Below, one piece after another: positions 58,638 through 64,000 of a stretch of DNA of 64,000 nt. Position numbers and translations under genes: made by a program. Position 1 is the first letter of the stretch, and each line of letters starts with the position of its first letter. This stretch comes from Alphaproteobacteria bacterium. GTDB lineage: Bacteria > Pseudomonadota > Alphaproteobacteria > JACZXZ01. The stretch spans positions 173,726 through 237,725 of the forward strand of contig DATGLG010000067.1 of assembly GCA_035294245.1 (NCBI GenBank). Direction: 5' to 3'. The notes under the pieces are model-generated. The model was not told the DNA's origin. It ran no database searches and saw only the letters and a list, made by a program, of their open reading frames with translations.

Positions 58638-58704
58638 GGTTCCGCGGCCGCGGGGCGTCGGCTAAGCTCGGTCGCCTCGATAGATATATGAGGAGGCCGC
58701 GATC

Positions 58705-59577
58705 ATGAATACCGCGCTCAAGGGCGAGCTCGCCGGGCTCAGCCGCTGGGTCGGGCGGCGCGAGGAGAGCGAGGACGTGCTGCTCCCCCTTCACGTCGCC
58801 GGGCTTGCGGCCATGCTCGACCGCGACGACGCGCTGCCGCGCGGGGGCGACGCGGCCCCGCCCGGCGCTCATTGGCTGATCCGTCCGCGCTGGCTGCGCC
58901 AATCGGCCCTCGGCGCCGACGGCCTTCCCGAGCGCGGCGGCTTCATGCCGCCGGCCCCGCTGCCGCGCCGCATGTGGGCGGGCAGCCAGATCGCCTTCGA
59001 GCGGCCGCTCCGCGTCGGCGACAGGATCGTGCGCCGCTCCGAGATCGCCGATATCGCGGTGAAGGAGGGGCGCGGCGGCGTCCTCGTCTTCGTCAAGGTG
59101 CGGCACCGCTATCACGGCGGCGAGGGCCTGGCGCTCACCGAGGACCAGGACATCGTCTATCGCGAGGCCCCCGACCCCGCGCGGCCGGCGCCGCCCCCCG
59201 AGCCGGCCCCCGCCGACGGGCCCTGGCGCCGCGAGATAACCCCCGATCCCGTGATGCTCTATCGCTACTCGGCGCTCACCTATAACGGCCATCGCATCCA
59301 TTACGACCACCCCTACGTCACCAAGGTGGAGGGCTATCCCGGCCTCATCGTGCATGGGCCCCTGCTCGCGACCCTGCTTCTCGACCTCGTGCGCCGCGAG
59401 CAGCCCCAGGCGGCGCTCAAGCGCTTCGTCTTCCGCGCCATGGCCCCCGTCTTCGACACCGCCCCCTTCACGGTGAGCGGCGGCCCGGACGCCGATGGCC
59501 GGACGGCCAAGGTGTGGATCAAGCGCGCCGATGGCGGGCTCGCCATGCGCGCCGAGGCGAGCTTCGCCGCCGCGTAG
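58705..59577 (+). CDS. MaoC-like (hot-dog fold) dehydratase/enoyl-CoA hydratase family protein
   Basis: RBS gaggagg; double hot-dog-like organisation by eye. Confidence 0.65.
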   Translation: MNTALKGELAGLSRWVGRREESEDVLLPLHVAGLAAMLDRDDALPRGGDAAPPGAHWLIRPRWLRQSALGADGLPERGGFMPPAPLPRRMWAGSQIAFERPLRVGDRIVRRSEIADIAVKEGRGGVLVFVKVRHRYHGGEGLALTEDQDIVYREAPDPARPAPPPEPAPADGPWRREITPDPVMLYRYSALTYNGHRIHYDHPYVTKVEGYPGLIVHGPLLATLLLDLVRREQPQAALKRFVFRAMAPVFDTAPFTVSGGPDADGRTAKVWIKRADGGLAMRAEASFAAA

Positions 59578-59598
59578 ACTCCTCGATCTCGCCCGCGC

Positions 59599-60633
59599 CT
59601 ATCGCGCGCGGCGCAGCAAGACCCCCAGGCCGATCAGCCCCGCGCCGAGGAGGAGGATCGAGGCCGGCTCGGGAATAGCGACCTGGACCGGATCGAGCTC
59701 GAGGCCGGGGTCCGAGTTGTCGACGAGCAGCATATTGGGGAAATTCAGCGGCTGGTCGAGCGAGAGCAGATCCGTGAGCGGATCGTAGCTCGCGCTCAGG
59801 CCCAGCGTGCCGAAGTCGTGATTGAAGGCGTTGGCGAGCGCGCTCAGCACCTGCCCGTCGTTCTCGCCGGCGGTCGGATTCACGGTGGCGATGAAATCGC
59901 CCGGACAAAGCGGCAGCGATGTCAGATCGGGGCTGGAATTGCAATTGGCATCGAGCCCTTGGGGGTCATAGAGGCCGAACGACACCGAGGATGGGCCGGT
60001 TCCGCTCGCGTCATCGCCTGTCGCGTCTCCGCTCATCGCGCCGCCCCCGCCCATGCTGCCCCTGGAGCCGCCTCCGCCACCGCCTCCGCCACCGCCTTGC
60101 ATGAAATTGCCGCCCCCGGGCTCGAGGGTGCGGTTCCGGTAGCCCTGGGCGACGGTGCCGATGGCCGTCATTCCCGGAATGGTGACGATCGCGAATCCGG
60201 CCAGGCGGTTGGGCACCATGGCCTGAGGGCCGGGGAAGGGCGGCGTCGGCTGCCCGAAGGCATTGAGCGGGCGTCCGAAAAGATCGACCGCGCCGACCAT
60301 GGCCGGCTGGGTCGCGATCGTGGCCATCGGCGTGCCGGCCGGCAGCTTACCGGCGAGGATCGCCCCGGCGATCGCCTTGTTGATCGCGTCGACCCATTCC
60401 TTCGCCTTCCGCTGCGAGGCCTGCGCGGGGGTGTCCGTGGCGACCTTGGTGACCACCGCCGGCGCCGTCAGCTTCACTCCCTTGATGAAGAAGACCAGGA
60501 CATCGGTGCCCGACTGCCTCGGAACCGCCTGGGTGTAGACGTAATTCATGCCCTGCGCCTGCGCCGTGTGCATCGACACCAGCAGGGCGCCGAAGCTCGC
60601 CGTGATGACGGCGGCCGCAATCCGCATGCTCAT
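59599..60633 (-). CDS. PEP-CTERM sorting-domain secreted protein with Gly-rich low-complexity region
   Basis: Signal MSMRIAAAVITASFGALLVSMHTAQAQG; C-terminus IPEPASILLLGAGLIGLGVLLRRAR; poly-Gly from (ccgcctccgccac)x2 tract near 60060..60095. Confidence 0.75.
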   Translation of the reverse strand: MSMRIAAAVITASFGALLVSMHTAQAQGMNYVYTQAVPRQSGTDVLVFFIKGVKLTAPAVVTKVATDTPAQASQRKAKEWVDAINKAIAGAILAGKLPAGTPMATIATQPAMVGAVDLFGRPLNAFGQPTPPFPGPQAMVPNRLAGFAIVTIPGMTAIGTVAQGYRNRTLEPGGGNFMQGGGGGGGGGGSRGSMGGGGAMSGDATGDDASGTGPSSVSFGLYDPQGLDANCNSSPDLTSLPLCPGDFIATVNPTAGENDGQVLSALANAFNHDFGTLGLSASYDPLTDLLSLDQPLNFPNMLLVDNSDPGLELDPVQVAIPEPASILLLGAGLIGLGVLLRRAR

Positions 60634-60981
60634 CGTGTCCTCCCTTTGCGCGCTCGATCGCATCTCCCTTCGAAGTTGCGCCGCAGGAGGAGCCTTGGCT
60701 GCGCGGCACTGCGCCGCCTCGGCGAGTCACGCTCGTTGTTGCTTTTCCGGTGTCTCCTGCTGGCCTGCCTCGTGTTAACGACGCGCATTAACCATACGCA
60801 AATGCTGTGCCATCTTGATCATATTGAGAAAAATCAGGGTGTTATCGGCGTGGCGGTGGCGGTCGGCCCGTGAACATGTCAAAGGTGCCGACGCTTCTCC
60901 CGGATGCGCAGGCGGGTGACGGCCCCTTATGTCCCGATGACGCTCGCCATCGTGGCGTCGCGACGCCCGGTAGCCGAAGCG

Positions 60982-61590
60982 CTATCCGCGCGCGCGGCGC
61001 CTGGCATAGGCGCGGCGGGCGCGCTCGCGATTGCCGCAGATCTCGCTCGAGCACCACAGGCGGGAGCGGTTCGGGCTCTCATCGACGAAGAACCAGCCGC
61101 AGCCCTCCGCCTGGCAGCAGCCGAGACGGGCGGCGTCCCCGGAGGTGAGAAGCGCCGTCAGCGACCACAGGATCGGCCAGAGGGGCTCGGCGAGCGCCTT
61201 GCCCGGCAGGTCGTGGAGATAGCCGGCGCTTTCCCGGATCAGCCGCGGCTGCGCCGGCAGGGCGGCGAGCCGGCGATTGAACGCCGCCACTTGCGCGCGT
61301 CCGCCGCGGCAGAGCGTCTCCGCCGACCGCGAGATCTCGGCGCGCAACGCTCGCGCCTCCGCCATGACCGCCGCGGCGGCGGCTTGCCGCCGCTCGCTCA
61401 GCGCCCATAGCCTCGCCAGCGCCGCCGCCGGCAGGGTGCCGCGCGCCTCGCTCCAGGCGAGCAGGGCCGCGTAATCGGGGATCAGCTCCTCGGGGGCCGC
61501 CGAGGTACGCCAGTCCAAGGTGTTGGCGAAATCGAGGCAGATGCGGCCGCCAAAGAACTGCGTCGCGGCGGGGGCAAGATCGCTTGACAT
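60982..61590 (-). CDS. ABATE-domain / CGNR zinc-finger protein (putative stress-responsive regulator)
   Basis: C-terminal CGNRERARRAYARRR; N-terminal ABATE-like domain. Confidence 0.75.
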   Translation of the reverse strand: MSSDLAPAATQFFGGRICLDFANTLDWRTSAAPEELIPDYAALLAWSEARGTLPAAALARLWALSERRQAAAAAVMAEARALRAEISRSAETLCRGGRAQVAAFNRRLAALPAQPRLIRESAGYLHDLPGKALAEPLWPILWSLTALLTSGDAARLGCCQAEGCGWFFVDESPNRSRLWCSSEICGNRERARRAYARRRARG

Positions 61591-61593
61591 GAG

Positions 61594-62322
61594 GTGGCTA
61601 ATTATCTAACGCTCATGAGCATGAGAATGTCATCGGCGCTGCCCTTCACGGCCGCAGGCTTCCGCCGCGGCTTCGTGGCGGCCTTGCCCTTCATCGTCAG
61701 CAACGGCGTCGGGGGCATCGTCATGGGTGTTGCCTATCGCGGCCTGGGGCTTGGTTTCGCGGCGGCGGTGCTCTTCAGCCTGGCAGTCTATTCCGCGACG
61801 GCGCAGGCTGTCACTCTGGGCCTCTGGGCCATGCCGCCGCCGATCGCGGCGATGGTCGCCGCCTGCATGGCGACGAATGCCCGCTATCTGGTGATGGGTG
61901 CGCATCTGCGCCAGCTCTTCGCCGACATGCCGCGGCGCCTGATGCTGCCGATCCTGCTCCTCCTCGCTGATGCGTCGTGGCTGATGACGACGGCGGAGGC
62001 CGAGCGCGGCCGGCGCGACGCCGGCTACCTCCTCGGCAGCAGCCTGCCCATGGCGATCGGCTGGATCGGCGGCACCGCTCTCGGCCAGGCTCTGCCGCTC
62101 ACGCCCCATGGGCCGCTCGCTGTCGCGGCGGCCTTCCTGCCGCTCGCCTTCGTGGTGGCGCTCCTGCCGACCCAGTGGCGTGGCGCGCGGAGTCTCTTGC
62201 CCTGGGCCGTCTCGGCGGCAGTCGGGCTGGCGATCGCCGGAGCCTTCGGCGACAACTGGGCGATGCTGATCGGCGGCGGCGCCGGCACCTTGCTCAGCGC
62301 GCTCCGCGGCGACGATGCCTGA
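61594..62322 (+). CDS. azlC: AzlC-family branched-chain amino acid exporter subunit
   Basis: 242-aa membrane protein of AzlC family; followed by an overlapping small AzlD-like ORF. Confidence 0.8.
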   Translation: MANYLTLMSMRMSSALPFTAAGFRRGFVAALPFIVSNGVGGIVMGVAYRGLGLGFAAAVLFSLAVYSATAQAVTLGLWAMPPPIAAMVAACMATNARYLVMGAHLRQLFADMPRRLMLPILLLLADASWLMTTAEAERGRRDAGYLLGSSLPMAIGWIGGTALGQALPLTPHGPLAVAAAFLPLAFVVALLPTQWRGARSLLPWAVSAAVGLAIAGAFGDNWAMLIGGGAGTLLSALRGDDA

Positions 62323-62614
62323 CGCCCAGGTCCTCGCCGCCATCGTCGCCGTCGGCATTGCCAGCTATGCGATGCGCGTCGGCGGCTTCCTCGCGGCGAG
62401 CGTCATGCCCCAGCACGGCATGCTGCCGCGGCTCCTGCGCCTCGCCCCGGGCAACCTGGTCGTCGCCTTCGCCGCGGCCGGCATTCAGGAGGGCGGCTGG
62501 CCGAGCCTCGCCGGCTGCCTCGCCGCCGTTGCCACCATGGTTGCCACGAATCGCGAATGGGCGGCTCTCGGCGCCGGCTTTGCGGCGGCGGCCCTCGCCG
62601 CCGCCGTGATGTAA
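62315..62614 (+). CDS. azlD: AzlD-family small membrane protein
   Basis: 99 aa, hydrophobic, overlaps azlC stop. Confidence 0.7.
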   Translation: MPDAQVLAAIVAVGIASYAMRVGGFLAASVMPQHGMLPRLLRLAPGNLVVAFAAAGIQEGGWPSLAGCLAAVATMVATNREWAALGAGFAAAALAAAVM

Positions 62615-62624
62615 GCGACGTCCG

Positions 62625-63806
62625 CTATTTCCTCGCCAGGGCGGCGATGGCGGCGGCGAAGCGGGCGATCTCGTCCTCGCTGTTGTAGTAATGCACCGAG
62701 GCGCGCAGCACGGTGTCGAGACCGCGCGCCTGCATGTCGAAGAGCGTGCTGGCCCGGCTCGACACGGTGACGTTGATCGCCTGGGCCGCGAGGGCCTTCT
62801 GCAGGGCGGCGGGGTCCTTGCCCGCAACCGTGAGGGTGACGATGCCGCAGCGCTCGGCGCCGAGATCGTGGATCGCCACGCCGGGGATGCGCGCGAGTGT
62901 CGCGCGCAAGGCGTCGGCGAGCGCGCGGACGCGCCCATAGATGGCGTCGAGCCCCCAATCGAGGGCATAGTCGACGGCGGCACCAAGGGCGATCTTGGCT
63001 GCGATATTCGTCTCCCAATTCTCGAAGCGGCGCGCATCGGGCCGCAATTCATAAACGTCGGGCGCCGTCCAGGTGGCGGCGTGGAGATCGAGGAGTGGCG
63101 GCTCCAGGCGCTCGATCCACTCGCGGCGCACATAGAGGAAGCCGATGCCCCGCGGTCCGCGCAGATATTTGCGCCCCGTCGCCGAGAGCATGTCGCAGCC
63201 GATCGCCTCGACGTCGAGGGGCATCTGCCCGGCCGATTGGCAGGCGTCGAGGAGGAAGGGAACGCGCCACGCCTTGGCGATGCGGCCGATCGCCGCCGCC
63301 GGATTGACGAGGCCGCCATTGGTCGGGACATGGGTGACGGCGATGAGCTTCACCCGCGCTTCCATCATGCTCTCAAGGGCGGCGACCGAGAGCTGGCCGC
63401 TGGCGTCGCTCGGCACGACCTCGACCGTGCAGCCGCTGCGCCGCGCCACCTGCAAGTAAGGGATCACGTTGCTCGCATATTCGGCGGCGGCGGTGAGGAT
63501 GCGGTCGCCGGGAGCAAAGGCGAGGGAATAGAACGCCATGTCCCAGGCCCGTGTCGCGTTCTCGACGATCGCGATCTCGTCGTGCCGGCAATTGAGGAGG
63601 CGCGCGAGCGCGTCATAGCTGTGGTCAATGCGGGCCTGCGCGCGCGCCGCCGCCTCGTAGCCGCCGATCTCGGCCTCGAGCTTGATGTGGCCGAGGAGCG
63701 CCTCGACGACGGGTGTCGGCATGAGGGCGGCGCCCGCATTGTTGAGGTGCAGCACACGGGCGCAGCCGGGAGTCTCCCGGCGGGCGCGGTCAAGATCGAT
63801 GGGCAT
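62625..63806 (-). CDS. Class V aminotransferase / cysteine-desulfurase-like (isopenicillin-N epimerase / SufS-like family) PLP enzyme
   Basis: 393 aa; PLP-lysine region ATGRKYLRGPRGIG. Confidence 0.75.
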   Translation of the reverse strand: MPIDLDRARRETPGCARVLHLNNAGAALMPTPVVEALLGHIKLEAEIGGYEAAARAQARIDHSYDALARLLNCRHDEIAIVENATRAWDMAFYSLAFAPGDRILTAAAEYASNVIPYLQVARRSGCTVEVVPSDASGQLSVAALESMMEARVKLIAVTHVPTNGGLVNPAAAIGRIAKAWRVPFLLDACQSAGQMPLDVEAIGCDMLSATGRKYLRGPRGIGFLYVRREWIERLEPPLLDLHAATWTAPDVYELRPDARRFENWETNIAAKIALGAAVDYALDWGLDAIYGRVRALADALRATLARIPGVAIHDLGAERCGIVTLTVAGKDPAALQKALAAQAINVTVSSRASTLFDMQARGLDTVLRASVHYYNSEDEIARFAAAIAALARK

Positions 63807-64000
63807 GGGCAGCTCCCGCGATGTTTAGTCGGCCATCAAACAGGCTCGCCGCCGTCGCGTCAAACCCGTGGGCCGCGGCGCTTTGCCGTTGACAAGCCTG
63901 CGGGCGTGCGGCATTCATCGCCCCATGAGAGCTTCGCTCGACCTGCGCCTTGTCGCTAGCCGACGTCGCCGTCTTTCGACGGGGGCGTGGGATCGGCGCA

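Noticed and set aside
63927-64000. Short partial ORF (MRASLDLRLVASRRRR...) running off the window end, preceded by ttgaca at ~63887
   Set aside because: Too short and too low-complexity to call; could be the start of the next gene or noise.
1-64000. Search for CRISPR arrays, tRNA/rRNA genes, integrase/transposase genes
   Set aside because: No regularly spaced direct repeats, no tRNA-like T-arm/acceptor structures in the intergenic regions I inspected, and no recombinase-like ORFs. Manual scanning can miss tRNAs, so tRNAscan and Infernal should be run.

Overview
High-GC (~68%) alphaproteobacterial-type chromosomal window. It is densely coded with almost no overlap between real genes, and strong third-position GC bias makes long antisense ORFs common. 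Serine-glyoxylate-type aminotransferase, hopanoid hpnI/hpnJ, PEP-CTERM proteins, PhaZ and SorAB suggest a Hyphomicrobiales-like, possibly methylotrophic, organism; that is inference only.

Gene content in order:
- potD/B/C-like polyamine-type ABC transporter, divergent from a stand-alone Rieske oxygenase alpha subunit
- a ~3.5 kb segment (hxlR-family regulator, PEP-CTERM protein, acyl-CoA-dehydrogenase-family flavoprotein) bracketed by an inverted pair of 116-bp MITE/REP-like elements and by a direct duplication of a ~415-bp junction (3' end of the Rieske gene plus a ttgacaaatg promoter-like segment)
- MCP chemoreceptor, EEP-family phosphoesterase, VOC protein
- two-subunit IorAB-type molybdenum hydroxylase, formyltransferase
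- livJHMGF operon
- ycbK-like DUF882 plus ldtD-like L,D-transpeptidase pair
- cupin, isochorismatase
- dpp-like operon with two tandem paralogous substrate-binding proteins
- PhaZ
- GntR plus YdiJ-like FAD/Fe-S dehydrogenase, divergent from a class V aminotransferase plus MFS transporter across an AT-rich control region; Crp/Fnr regulator
- hspQ; pstCAB with a Pho box (no pstS or phoU in window)
- CDP-alcohol phosphatidyltransferase, hpnL-like, hpnJ, hpnI hopanoid side-chain cluster
- alpha/beta hydrolase, sorAB sulfite dehydrogenase
- BMP-family ABC transporter, gamma-glutamyltransferase
- GNAT/DUF1778 (TacAT-like) toxin-antitoxin pair with tandem operator repeats
- MaoC dehydratase, a second PEP-CTERM protein, CGNR zinc-finger regulator, azlCD, class V aminotransferase

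No rRNA, tRNA, CRISPR array or transposase gene was recognised. The most unusual structure is the repeat-bounded hxlR/PEP-CTERM/ACAD island at ~3.7-7.6 kb.
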